Shown one piece after another: positions 8,901 through 18,400 of a stretch of DNA of 49,587 bases. The notes under the pieces are model-generated. The model ran no database searches and was not told the origin of the DNA. It was given only the letters and a program-made list of their open reading frames with translations. Within the stretch, counting starts at the first letter, position 1. Every line of letters begins with the position of its first letter. Origin of the DNA: Thermoanaerobaculia bacterium (lineage in GTDB: Bacteria; Acidobacteriota; Thermoanaerobaculia; Multivoradales; UBA5704); contig DASQEB010000642.1 in assembly GCA_035633875.1 (NCBI GenBank), positions 1 to 49,587 of the forward strand. Reading direction: 5' to 3'. A program made the position numbers and the translations under genes.

Positions 8901-11900
8901 CGGTCGCGGGTCCCTGCTGGCGGATCACGACGCCCACGGCCCCGCCGCCGGCCGAGCGGAGGTAGACGCTCACCCGGTAGTCCGTCCACCCGGAAGACCC
9001 CGAAAAGAGCAACAGGGTGCCCGGCCGCTCCGGCGCAGTGATCCCGCCGATCGCCGAGGCCTGTTCCAGGAACCGGGAAGGCGGCTCCCCGATTTCTCCC
9101 ACCTGCCAGCTCGAAGGACCGCCAGGCCCTGCGTCCTCCACGAACCAGCCGGAAGGGGCTTCCCCGAGGGGGCCCGCCGTGAAGCTCTCATGGAGCAGGA
9201 GAGGGACCAGGCGCGGCTCGTAGAGCGTATCCGGGGCGAGCACCCGGCCGGCTCCCGACGACACCAGCGTGCTGTCGCGCGGGAAGGTCTCGGGATCGAG
9301 CTTCTCCGGCAGGCAGGTGGCGCCGTTGATCAGGGTGACCCAGCGCGTGTCCCGCTCGGCAAGGGTGAGCGTTTCCGCCCTCCCCCACCGATTGCCGAGA
9401 ACCAGGAGCCGCCCGTCCGCATCCCGGGCCGGCTGGTTGTTGTTGTCATAGAGATAAAGCCCCAGGTCCCGGCCGTCCATGCGATACATGGTCTCGACAT
9501 AATTTTCGTTGAGCTCCACCCCGACATCGTAGGCGCGGTAGAAAGGACGATAAAGAATGGGTTTCTCCCCCGGCCGCGGCACCGTGGGCGGCGTCGTCTG
9601 CCGCACGTAACGTGTGAGATCGTCGAGCCCGCTGTCGAACGTCTCTTCCGCAGCTCCAACCGGCACGGACAGCGCCGCCAGTCCGGGAGGCCCCTCGGTG
9701 CGGAAGTAGGCGTACTCACGGAGTCCGTTTTTGATCAGCGATCCCGTGGGCATCTGCAGCTCCGCCAGGGTTTCGATCTCGAGCCGGTACTCCGTGTCCG
9801 GCTCCAGAACGGGGGCCTCCTGGCTCCAGCGGGCGAGCTCCTCCCGGATGTGCTGGATCTTCTCCTCGCGCCGCACGGGCCTGTCCGCCTCCGGGTCCGG
9901 CGTGATGCAGATCTGCTCCAGGCAGAGGACCCCGTCGCTCGTCACCAACACCGTATCCACCGGGATGTCCACAGGGATGAAGGTCCCCACCGGGACGAAC
10001 GGGCCTGCCAGGCTGCCGTCCCCCCGAAGGCCGGTCGCGGAGGGACCCGCGGGCTTCGGAGAGACGAAGCAGAGCCGGTGCAGGAGCTTCTCGTTGCCCG
10101 CCGCATGGACCTCCAGCCGGGACATGCCCTCGCCCGTCAGCACGATGGTCTCCGGCCCACCACCTCCCGAGCCTTCCGGTGCGTGGGTGGCGACGAGCGC
10201 ACCTCCCGCATTGAAGGCGAGAACTCGGAACGGTGGCCGGTGCGACACGATCAGCTCCACCCAGGAGACGGAACCGGGCAGGATCACGTCCAGCCTGGAA
10301 CCCGCATTCAACCCGACGGTCTCTTCCGGGCGCCACCGCTCGATCCGCCCCTGGGGCAGCAGCTTGCCATCCGCGCCCCGCACTTCGAAGCGCACCCCCT
10401 GATCGGTCCATGGATTCTCGGCAGTGCCGGCCGGCCGCTGCCGGAAATCCACACACACGCGGGCCACGTCGTCGATCGTGCCGATCACCTTGACATTCGG
10501 GACGGCCGCGGCGGCTGGCGCCGGAAGCGGGGCCTCCTCCCGGGCGAAGACGATGTTGAAAGATCGCGCCGGCTCGGCCGGCTCGATTCGAATGCCCTTC
10601 CGGGAAGCCCGCTCCGGGAAGCAGAGAAGATTCACCGTCCGGGGGGCTCCCCCGACCGGCCGGCTCACCGTCCGCACCGTCGCCGGCCCGAAGCCCCAGG
10701 AAAGGGAGAAACCAGGAGGGCCGGGATGGGTCCAGGGCGACGTCACCTGAGTCCCCGGCGCGAGCGACTCGAAGCCGAAGCAGACCTCCGCGGCAGAGAG
10801 CTGGGGAACGCAGGGATATCCCGGGAATTCCTCCGCGAACCACTCCTCCCACGACGAGCCGCTGCGCCGTAGGAAGGCGAAGGGGTTGAGATTCCAGAGC
10901 CAGAGCTTCGTCTGGGGCACCTTTTCCGGATCGCTCCCCGATGGAAGAGCCGCCCAGGTTCCGAAAAGCGCAGGATGCTTTTCCGAAGGCGGGGCGCTCG
11001 CCACCACCGACCAGGCTGTTCCTGCCTTCTTTGCGAGCTGCACGCGCACCAGGCTGTAGCGAGCCCGAGCCTGACTCCCGCCGCCTCCCGGAAATCCGAT
11101 CGTCTCCCAACCCTCTGGCTCGTGACCGCTGGTTCCGGCCTTGGCCACATCCGAGACCGGCCGCCCGAACGTCAGATGCGGCCGGGCATCGAGCGGAACC
11201 ACGGGGATCGGTTCCAGGGGCGCGTGATCGTGGTCCTTCGCCCCGATAAACCCGCCCCCATCGTCGTAGTTGGGCAGCAACAGCCTCTTCCTGGGAAGCG
11301 GCCAGGCTACCGTGGTCTTGAGGTGCTCGATGGAAACATCCTGGAGCGGCAGGGGGATGGGCAACAGGTCTGGCCGGATGCCCCATTCCAGCCTCACCCT
11401 GGCACCGACCTTCTTCAAAGGCCTGGGCAGCCGCAGCTCGACGCTGAATTCGCCGAGCAGATGGAAGGGAGTGAACACATCCGCCGCAATCCGTGCATCC
11501 ACCGTAAGGCCGAGGCCGAACTTGAAAACCTTGAGGTCGACGAGGCCGTGAAGCCAAAAGGCGCCATGGAAGTGGGTGGGCTTGAAGCTCACCAGGACGT
11601 TGCCCTCGGCCCAGGCCTGGAGAGCGATGCTTAGCGGACCGACCTTCCATGTCCGGTCGTAGCCATACCAGGCGCCCAGGGCGAGCCGCTGCGAGTTCAG
11701 CATGAAGTACGCGTTGGCCTCGACGAAGCGGCCAAACAGAGCGCGGACCCGCAGGTTGCGCGGCTCGTCCCTGCCGATGTTCAGATACCACTTGTCCGGA
11801 TCATCGAAGTCGTAGAACGCCTCCGTGCCGGCCGCGATCTCGATCAACTGTCCCTTCTTGCCCGTCTTGTACTCCGCATCGATGCCGATCGTGAGGCTGG

Positions 11901-13854
11901 ACTCCTGCCCATCGAAGACGGCGAGCGAGCGGAAGAGCCCCTCCTCGGTGCTGTCCGTGCGCTTCTTGAGGATGTTGGCGCTCCCCTGGAGCATGAGGAT
12001 CGGCCCTGGAAAGATCAGGACCAGCAGGAACTTGCCGTTGAAGGCATAGCCGTTGTCGGCGACCGTGGCGAGCGTGAGCCCCGCGCCCAGCGCAAGGCTG
12101 CCCTTGTGAGGCTTCCATTTGTTGGTGATGTCGGTAACGCCAGGCTCTTTGCCGCTGTGGTACCAACTCTGATTGTGGTCGAGACTGAACCACAGATGCT
12201 CCGGCTCCTTGTCCGGCTCCATTTGCAGGGCGAACAGGCCGGCCATGCCGTAAATCGCCAATCCCGTGTTTGCCAGTGGAATGCCGCTGGGGAGATCGGC
12301 GTCGAGATAGATCGCAAAGTAGTTGAACTTGCCTTCCGGTCTCGTGGCCCTGCCGATCACGAGCTTGCCGTCGATGGTCAGCTCGGGCTTTTCCAGCTTG
12401 AGCTTGATGTCGCCGGTGAAGCGCTGGTTCTGTTCCTCGTAGGAGACGGAGCCTTTGGAGGAGAGGACGCCTGGAATCCTGTACTCAATTCCAGCACCTT
12501 TCAGCGTCAGAGATTTTCGGCCATCTGGATACCAGACGATCCGCAACCCTTCGACCGAGGCCCCGGCCTGCAAGCCGTCCACCAGCTTGAGCCCACCCGA
12601 GAAGCCAATGTACTGGCCGCCGTCGTCGGTCTTGCCGAAGCCGAGCTTGGCGATCTCGATCTTGAAGCCGTGGAAATCGAGGGTTCGTTGCTCTGTTACA
12701 TCCAGCCATCCGCCATCGAGGTGGACGTTGCCCTTGGAGTCAATCGAGAGTTCCTTGACGGTGAAGCTGGGCCAATCGAGATCCCCGAAAAGGGGCTTGA
12801 GTTCGCCACTTATCCTGGTGGTGAACACACCGTTTTCGATTTCGAACTCCATCCTGTCGAGCTCAAGACTGAAGAGTCCGGGCTTCTCCAGATTGCGGGC
12901 GCTTCCCTCGCTGCTCAACGCCACCCACAGATCGCCGCCACTCCCGATCCCAACTTCGACCCCGACCTCGCCTTCGAAAAAGGGCAGAGTCAACCGCCCG
13001 GTGAGGTTCGATCGAACCACCGAGTTCTGTCGAAAACCAATTGCCACTTCCTCTAGGACGAACTTGGCACCGAACAGTTCGCCGGCGGGAGGATCGTCCT
13101 GCCAGGTCAAAGCCACCTCTCCAGTGAAGCCGCCGCTGCCGATATAACAGCCCTCCATTACCAAATCCGGAAGTGGGAGATCGAACCCTTCGGGTAGGTG
13201 AACCGTGGCCCGGGCGATGAACACTCCTTGCCATCCCGGACCTACCTCCGAGGGCCGATCCGGAGGCATTTCCGCCTTGGTCGAAAGGATCGGGAGCACC
13301 TCGTGCGCCTCGAGGACCACTCCCGTGTCTGCGATCATCACCGGTGGAAGCTCGAAGCCCCTTTCAACTGCGAACGAGACGTCCCCGTCGCCATCGATCT
13401 CGATCATGCCCCCGATGCCTATCTCCGCGAATTCTTCGGGGATGACCTCCCAGGCGCCCAAAACCTGTCGTACCGGCTTGAGGAGGCTGGGCGCGAAGCG
13501 CAATCCCAGCTTTCCACCAAGCCGAACCGCAAACCTCTCCGGCCCGAGATCGAACTCGCCCACGAGTTCCACCCCATCATGGGAGTTCCCGATAACCAGG
13601 GACACACCCTGCAACCCGACCAGCGGCAAGCTCAGGTCCTGCGCCATTACGAGTGTCACCCGCGCCGTCGCATACCCGGCGGCCCCCTTTGTGGACAGCT
13701 TCTTGATCCCGACAGTCTTGAGAAATTCTACTTCGGGCAAGCTGATCCGATCCAAAGGCAAGAAGGCGAGATCGGAGAGAGACTCGACGACATCGGCAAG
13801 AACCGCTGCACGATGCTTCTTGAAGAACGCTCGAAGTGGTTGGGTAATGGGCAT
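5977..13854 (-). CDS. Giant multidomain protein (2625 aa), function unknown. It has an N-terminal beta-rich region, a shared module and four LamG/DUF1080-like jelly-roll modules.
   Basis: One uninterrupted 7878-nt frame with protein-like composition throughout. It stays open through a low-GC stretch where random frames close quickly. Residues 1-~830 are beta-rich with hydrophobic stretches (LANTGLAIYGMAGLFAL, LLVLIFPGPILMLQG). Residues ~1130-1265 form a module shared with the 1441-aa neighbour. Residues ~1558-2465 hold four ~180-aa modules anchored by GWTDYR-type motifs at nt ~8965, ~7885, ~7336 and ~6781. The N-terminus (MPITQPLRAFFKKHRAAVLADV) has no signal peptide. Confidence 0.85.
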   Translation of the reverse strand: MPITQPLRAFFKKHRAAVLADVVESLSDLAFLPLDRISLPEVEFLKTVGIKKLSTKGAAGYATARVTLVMAQDLSLPLVGLQGVSLVIGNSHDGVELVGEFDLGPERFAVRLGGKLGLRFAPSLLKPVRQVLGAWEVIPEEFAEIGIGGMIEIDGDGDVSFAVERGFELPPVMIADTGVVLEAHEVLPILSTKAEMPPDRPSEVGPGWQGVFIARATVHLPEGFDLPLPDLVMEGCYIGSGGFTGEVALTWQDDPPAGELFGAKFVLEEVAIGFRQNSVVRSNLTGRLTLPFFEGEVGVEVGIGSGGDLWVALSSEGSARNLEKPGLFSLELDRMEFEIENGVFTTRISGELKPLFGDLDWPSFTVKELSIDSKGNVHLDGGWLDVTEQRTLDFHGFKIEIAKLGFGKTDDGGQYIGFSGGLKLVDGLQAGASVEGLRIVWYPDGRKSLTLKGAGIEYRIPGVLSSKGSVSYEEQNQRFTGDIKLKLEKPELTIDGKLVIGRATRPEGKFNYFAIYLDADLPSGIPLANTGLAIYGMAGLFALQMEPDKEPEHLWFSLDHNQSWYHSGKEPGVTDITNKWKPHKGSLALGAGLTLATVADNGYAFNGKFLLVLIFPGPILMLQGSANILKKRTDSTEEGLFRSLAVFDGQESSLTIGIDAEYKTGKKGQLIEIAAGTEAFYDFDDPDKWYLNIGRDEPRNLRVRALFGRFVEANAYFMLNSQRLALGAWYGYDRTWKVGPLSIALQAWAEGNVLVSFKPTHFHGAFWLHGLVDLKVFKFGLGLTVDARIAADVFTPFHLLGEFSVELRLPRPLKKVGARVRLEWGIRPDLLPIPLPLQDVSIEHLKTTVAWPLPRKRLLLPNYDDGGGFIGAKDHDHAPLEPIPVVPLDARPHLTFGRPVSDVAKAGTSGHEPEGWETIGFPGGGGSQARARYSLVRVQLAKKAGTAWSVVASAPPSEKHPALFGTWAALPSGSDPEKVPQTKLWLWNLNPFAFLRRSGSSWEEWFAEEFPGYPCVPQLSAAEVCFGFESLAPGTQVTSPWTHPGPPGFSLSWGFGPATVRTVSRPVGGAPRTVNLLCFPERASRKGIRIEPAEPARSFNIVFAREEAPLPAPAAAAVPNVKVIGTIDDVARVCVDFRQRPAGTAENPWTDQGVRFEVRGADGKLLPQGRIERWRPEETVGLNAGSRLDVILPGSVSWVELIVSHRPPFRVLAFNAGGALVATHAPEGSGGGGPETIVLTGEGMSRLEVHAAGNEKLLHRLCFVSPKPAGPSATGLRGDGSLAGPFVPVGTFIPVDIPVDTVLVTSDGVLCLEQICITPDPEADRPVRREEKIQHIREELARWSQEAPVLEPDTEYRLEIETLAELQMPTGSLIKNGLREYAYFRTEGPPGLAALSVPVGAAEETFDSGLDDLTRYVRQTTPPTVPRPGEKPILYRPFYRAYDVGVELNENYVETMYRMDGRDLGLYLYDNNNQPARDADGRLLVLGNRWGRAETLTLAERDTRWVTLINGATCLPEKLDPETFPRDSTLVSSGAGRVLAPDTLYEPRLVPLLLHESFTAGPLGEAPSGWFVEDAGPGGPSSWQVGEIGEPPSRFLEQASAIGGITAPERPGTLLLFSGSSGWTDYRVSVYLRSAGGGAVGVVIRQQGPATGYRFSLDGRVRRLVKLEPPGATLLAEDHFAYRKNRDYLVSFEGLGSSLRVSVDGAPVFDVKDDAFQSGRIGLYTCQSPGARFTDVRVDDFRVTAPVVYRFQLTTSLYANFFHHLHSFQDETWRADLGTGTAVDELLAEAVLPSFSPPEEKEARAYEALAELAVGPAAARQHPARVEATRLERDGAPFGFLVRSPEPFAWDRIELALSGTARRLPAPQPPGAVKLTDATFGAALPADESVTLLLREAADLSRHRVELRALPGVLAEPAGDPVMLLERFEGDPAATRARFTVVDQGTVGGPSDWRVEGGALIQISEIRGGAEPELPGTVALAGDPGWTDYRLTVDLRSDAGSTVGVVFRWVDGDNHYRLSLDAGLRYRRLVKSEKGQISILWEEDKGYAAGEPLRFTVEAVGSRLTGFLGNDRLFEMRDGTHAAGQVGLYACANPDARFEGVEVRRPSLDASALVQDRFAAGDLTGWGRVDEAVGTQPSSWETVGGELRLSSFVQEGGGPAFTGTYAYTGDPGWTDVVYRARLRCPAGGAIGMLFRGRDLRNHYRFSMNAQVPYRQLIKRVNGEVTVLWQDGGSYATDRSHELTVAAVGSSLRGYLDGVPLFVVEDGDIPSGLLALYARSNEPAFFSEVRVFPADRAFAGWRLDESFQALVPGRWHFQDAAQPLPDGWAAENGELRPAGDDPSGLRIAVTGDPAAADYRLAVRLRPGVAGLTGAVFRFLDVNHCFVFLLDPGTGSHRMAKRVAGQETVLWQGTVAVTPGREIGLTFDAVGERLAGWLDGMELFRVDDADLPAGRLGFFVAGSPDTRFTGVRTSEPEWSTWYGFSGEDRRPAGTRVRLHAGPGAGASSAEGNLEHRFAAPLGEAGRLRFPAGGVELRVVGPDGAGHARTFVPPQEHVPLISPGPRVVRRADGTGFVLLPFGGSPLVEGQYRLEFTYHRERPGQVHPFSQAGDRIPERAVLDIPWKAR

Positions 13855-13871
13855 GGCGTGCTAAGGGACAT

Positions 13872-15419
13872 TCAGAACGAGCGCGGACGGTAAGGGGGAG
13901 GCGGAATCGATTTCTTGTCTCTGCATAGTCCCTGTGGATCTATGATCTTGTTATAGAACGGAATCGGCAGATTGGAGAGCATAGTCGTCAAGGTGGAGAG
14001 CTCAAATGGGTCGTCGAGCTCGACAAAGTGCCGCTTTGCCCGGACGCCGGCAAGCTGTGATCGCTCCTTCCATTGTTCAAACCCGGCGACAGGATCCACT
14101 GCTATCTCAGAGGGATCTAGGCCCAGGTGCTCGGCCCAGAGTCTCAGCCTGAGTTCACGCGCGAAACGACAATGGTTTCCGTCCGGGGTCAGAATCGCAT
14201 CGATCATGGAAAGAGAAATCTCCTGGTCGTGAGTCATGCTTCTCCGGTTCATGTTCATGGAACCGATCTCTACCCAAACATCATCGACAATCACCGTCTT
14301 GGAGTGGACATAGATAGACGCGTCCTGAAGTGCTGGATTCCGGAGTTGGAAAATAGCAAACCTTCCTTCGGCCGCCCTCAGGATCTGTTCTATCAAAAGC
14401 CCCTGGTGCGGCTTCATATATATAGCGGCAATAGCGTTGTCGGGCTCTGGAGGGACTACTACGATGATACGCAACTCCGGGTGCAATGCGAGCGACAGGA
14501 GAAGCGCATCGGCCACTTCGTTAGAGACGAAATATTGGTCTTCGATGTAAATGTATTCCCGGGCCAGGTTGATCGCCTTCAGCACAGCATTTCTTGCGGT
14601 GAACTCGCCGAACGGTGCGAACGGATAGCGATTCTGTGGATTCGATCTGCACGCGTAGGTTCTCAGCACTTGAACGTGCAGCGCTCCACCACCGACTGCC
14701 AGAGCATCACACTGCCTTTCGATTTTCTCCGGAGGATTATCGAGGGAGCTCGGATCGTGAGGATCGTTCCACCTCTCAAGGAAGGTGGCCTCCAAATCGC
14801 AGCATACCGGGCCGAGGAGACGGCAGTGCACATCATGCCATCCACCTTTGTAGGCATCCTTGGTGGGTTGGCGATCCTCCTCGGCAGCAGGATGGCCGGA
14901 CTCGTCATACCGGTTCAGCGCCAAATCAATACCTCCGCAGAACCCATGCAACGTCTTGCTGCCACCATCGTGGTTGATGAGGATCAAAAGAATTTTCTGG
15001 TGAGGCGTTCCAGCTAACGGTTGGCGCCGGTCGATGATACAGGTGATTCCAAGCGTGTCCAGGTATTCGCAGACCTCCTCGTTGTCGGTGGCCAGGTCTC
15101 CCGAGAGGAGGATTCGTACGTATACACCCCTACTATGTGCAGCCTCCAATAGCTTGCCAATTTGGCTGTCTTTCTTCTGCTGCTCCGTGAATTCGCTTCC
15201 TCCCAGAAGACGCAGGTCCAGCGACAGCTCCAGTCCGGCCAGATAGATGTAATCTCCGACCCTCGTCGCACGGATCAGGTCATGGACGTCTTTCATGTAC
15301 TCCTTGGCATCGACGTAAGGGATCACGACATTGTTCGAGGTAAAAGCTGGAAGACCACGAGAGCCGATCTCGTCAGGGCTCAAGAACCAGTCTTGCGGCT
15401 CTGTGCTGAAGGGTGGCAT
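13872..15419 (-). CDS. Phospholipase D superfamily protein with two HKD motifs (eukaryotic-type PLD signature)
   Basis: 515 aa. HKD-1 is TPHQKILLI...GFCGGIDLALNRYD. HKD-2 is IYVHSKTVIVDDVWVEIGSMNMNRRS, a canonical HxKxxxxD...GSxN. A strong AGGAGG lies 6 nt before the ATG. The gaps to the flanking giant ORFs are 12 nt and 17 nt. No signal peptide. Confidence 0.9.
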   Translation of the reverse strand: MPPFSTEPQDWFLSPDEIGSRGLPAFTSNNVVIPYVDAKEYMKDVHDLIRATRVGDYIYLAGLELSLDLRLLGGSEFTEQQKKDSQIGKLLEAAHSRGVYVRILLSGDLATDNEEVCEYLDTLGITCIIDRRQPLAGTPHQKILLILINHDGGSKTLHGFCGGIDLALNRYDESGHPAAEEDRQPTKDAYKGGWHDVHCRLLGPVCCDLEATFLERWNDPHDPSSLDNPPEKIERQCDALAVGGGALHVQVLRTYACRSNPQNRYPFAPFGEFTARNAVLKAINLAREYIYIEDQYFVSNEVADALLLSLALHPELRIIVVVPPEPDNAIAAIYMKPHQGLLIEQILRAAEGRFAIFQLRNPALQDASIYVHSKTVIVDDVWVEIGSMNMNRRSMTHDQEISLSMIDAILTPDGNHCRFARELRLRLWAEHLGLDPSEIAVDPVAGFEQWKERSQLAGVRAKRHFVELDDPFELSTLTTMLSNLPIPFYNKIIDPQGLCRDKKSIPPPPYRPRSF

Positions 15420-15431
15420 TCCAGTCCTCCT

Positions 15432-18400
15432 CTAGAGCTCGAATGAAGCGACGCCGATTTCCTCGTAAAGAACATTCACGAGGCCCTGAGCGTTTCGAAC
15501 CTTCAAGCGATAGCGATTCTCAATCTCGTTGATTGCAGTCTCATCCATATGCTGCATGACGGTGGCCGGCAACCAGGTCGAAACCGGTCTCCAGCCGCCC
15601 GCCATCCGCCGCAGAACCATAACTTCAAGCGGCTCGGCGGGTGACGACCAAGCCATCTGGACGGACTTCCCGTCGGAGGTCCATTCGGCCGAGATCCAGC
15701 TCAGAGGCATAGGAGGCCTTTGGTCGTAAGCTTGTGCCGAGGCAACTCGGGAGGGAGGAGAGGCGTTCACCTCTGCGTCTATCACTACCACTCGGTAGCA
15801 GTAGAGCTGAAGTGGCTCGACCGACGTATCGGTCCAGTGGTCTGCCAGAGGTTCCCCCGCTTCGCTGGACGTCATCAAATGCACCAAAGCCATCCGACGC
15901 ACGTCCTCAGCATCTCTTCGGGTATGTGCACGGTAAACGTGGAGCTCTCGAAGGGCCGGTCCTCTGTCCAAGGCCCATCGGATCGTGATTGTCCTCTCAC
16001 CTCCGAAAATCCCTGTAATCACCGGCGCCGGCGGCTCCACCTTCGGCAGATAAACCGGCGGCGTCGAGGGGCTCAAACCGCTCCGATTGTGGGCGCCGTC
16101 CACGAAGGCGGCACGGTAGAAGTAGCGATTGGTGGCCCTGCCTGGCAGGGTGTCCATGTAGGCGCGGACGGTTGGTTTCGGCGTGTAGTCGGCAGCATCG
16201 TCGGGTAGACGCCGATCCTGGACCTCGGGGTCGGTGTCGTCCAAGGGCTGAAGAGTGATCTGGGTGAATGCATCTTCGTTTCCCGGCAGACCGGCCAGGA
16301 TTCGGAGCGCGGAGTCCGAGAGGGTGCGGTAATCGTCCGGTGATTTGACGTCCACCAAACCGGAATTGCGTGTCTGGCGGATCTCCCAGTCGCGCTCCTT
16401 CAGAGCTTTCCGATCCCCAGCGCCTTCGTTGCCCGACAGGAGGGCCAGGACCTTCCAGGTGTTCTCCGAAAGGGAGTCGTAACCCGCTGGCGAGGTGATC
16501 TTATTCAACTCGGTCACCGCGGCCTGCCGCGTGGCCAAATCCCAACCATCGGGAAAGAGGTCCTGGTGCTTCTCGGGGTCCAGCGCCTCCCGCGTCTCCC
16601 GGATCAGCCAGTCCCGCTGGAACAGGCTGTCGTCCAACGCCCGCAAGACGTGCGTCTTGAGGTGCGGCCGCGGTTTCCACCGGAAGGAGAAGAACGAGCG
16701 GCTGTGGTAGTCCGCCCGGGTTGCCCACAGCCTGCCGCCGGGATAGTCCGCGAGCTCGGGCGGCTCCGGCGGGGTCTGGAGGACGCGGTAGATCGCGGCC
16801 GGCGGGCTCACCCTTCCCTCATTTCCGAAACGGTTCCCCAGAGGCGGGGCGCCCCACTTCGGGTCGTCCCCGGTGTGGATCTTGTCGTCCGCGGCGCTGA
16901 CGCCGATCTGGGCGAAGACGGTGGGACGTTCGAGGGTGGGACGGAATGGCTCGCCTTCTTTCAGGTCCGGCGCGGGGAGGAAGGTTTCGTAGATCCGCAC
17001 GGGCCGGCCGATCGTCCAGGGTGACGAGTTTCCGCCCAGGTCAGGCTCGCCGTCCAGGGTGACGGTGTGGAACTTGGGATCCACCTCTTCGATCCGGTAG
17101 GTCTTGCCGGGACGGGCAGTGTCGCTTGCCAGATACAGGTGGTCGAGCCAGGGCTGGAGGCCCGAGAGATCCACGTCCGGAGGGAAATGGGCAATCCCGC
17201 CGGCGACCGTGACCCCGGCGTTTTTGAAGGTCTCGGCGTCCAGGGGCCGATTCTCGGGGTCCCGGGAGGGCTCGATTCCCTCCTCCACCGCGTCGGCGTA
17301 GAGGACCACGGCGAGGCGCTTCGCCCAGTTGGCCGGCTGCCGGAGGTGGTCAAGGCCGATCTCGCCGGGAAGCTCGTTCAGGCGGCCAGGAATGTAATAG
17401 ATCCGGAACTCCCGGGTGTCCGGCGCCTGATTCATCTGGGACAGAGTCCATTTCCAGCGGACGCGCAGGCCGACGACATCCGGGTTCCTGTCCCGCCACT
17501 TCTCGTAGGGACTGTCCCGTAAAACCCAGCGGTCGAGTGGATCGAGGGCGGCAGCCTCGAGTCCGGTTGGATTCGGTGGAGGGATCTTGTCGAGCAGGGC
17601 CACCGCAAAGGAGTGAATCGGACGGTGGCCCGGGGCATCCTTCCTGTAGTACCACGGGAGTTCTTGGCCTGCCGGCGGATCCCACTGGTACCACTCGGCC
17701 GGCGGCCCCAGCGGGCTGCGGCGGCCGAAGAGGTCCTGACCCAGAACGCGATAGCTGTACCAGCCCTCGGCCAGGCCGGTGTCGATGACGCGGAGGGGAA
17801 CGGATGCGGGGGGCCACTCCGGGGAGCGGCGCGTCTCGCCGGGCGTGAGCGGCGGGGGCGGAGCCGCCGGCTCAGCGAGGACGACCGCCGAGGAGTCCGA
17901 GCCGTCCTCAGGGTCCGGCCGGAGGGGTTTGTACGCGTCGTCCGGAGGTACCTCCGCTGGCTCCTCTCCCGGCTCCTTGATCCCCAGGAAGGCCCGCCGC
18001 GGATAGTAGAGCACGGGGATGTTCGTCTCTTCCGTGGCTCCGGCCGACGGATCGGGAGGCGCTTCCCACCAAAGACCCACGTTGATCTGGGCGTCGTTCA
18101 ACTTGCCGTCCTGGGCACGGGTAGTGGCGCCGGGAAGGGCATAGACGCGGGCTTTTCCGGGCGGCGGCAGGGGAGGCGCGGGCGCGACGGTCTTGCCGAG
18201 GACGAGCCAGGCGTCCACGGCGTTCGCGTCCGGCTGGAAGGCGAGCCAGTCCAGAGCCGTGGAGGCGCTGCCGCCGAGGACGCCGGTGGGGTCGGCCAGG
18301 AGGAGGTAGTCATAGGGGATCCCAGGCTCGGCCGAGGAGTCCAGGAAGTAGAGGCCGAGCATCTGGGCGATGGCCGGGTGGAGGCTCGCCAGCAGGAGGA

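Noticed and set aside
5449-11791. Track ORFs 5449-10872 (+, 1807 aa), 5903-8989 (-, 1028 aa) and 9716-11791 (-, 691 aa)
   Set aside because: They are off-frame or antisense to the 2625-aa CDS, and their composition is Arg/Gly/Pro-dominated and low in complexity. The 5977-13854 frame is the only one with recognisable repeated domains, and it stays open through the low-GC part.
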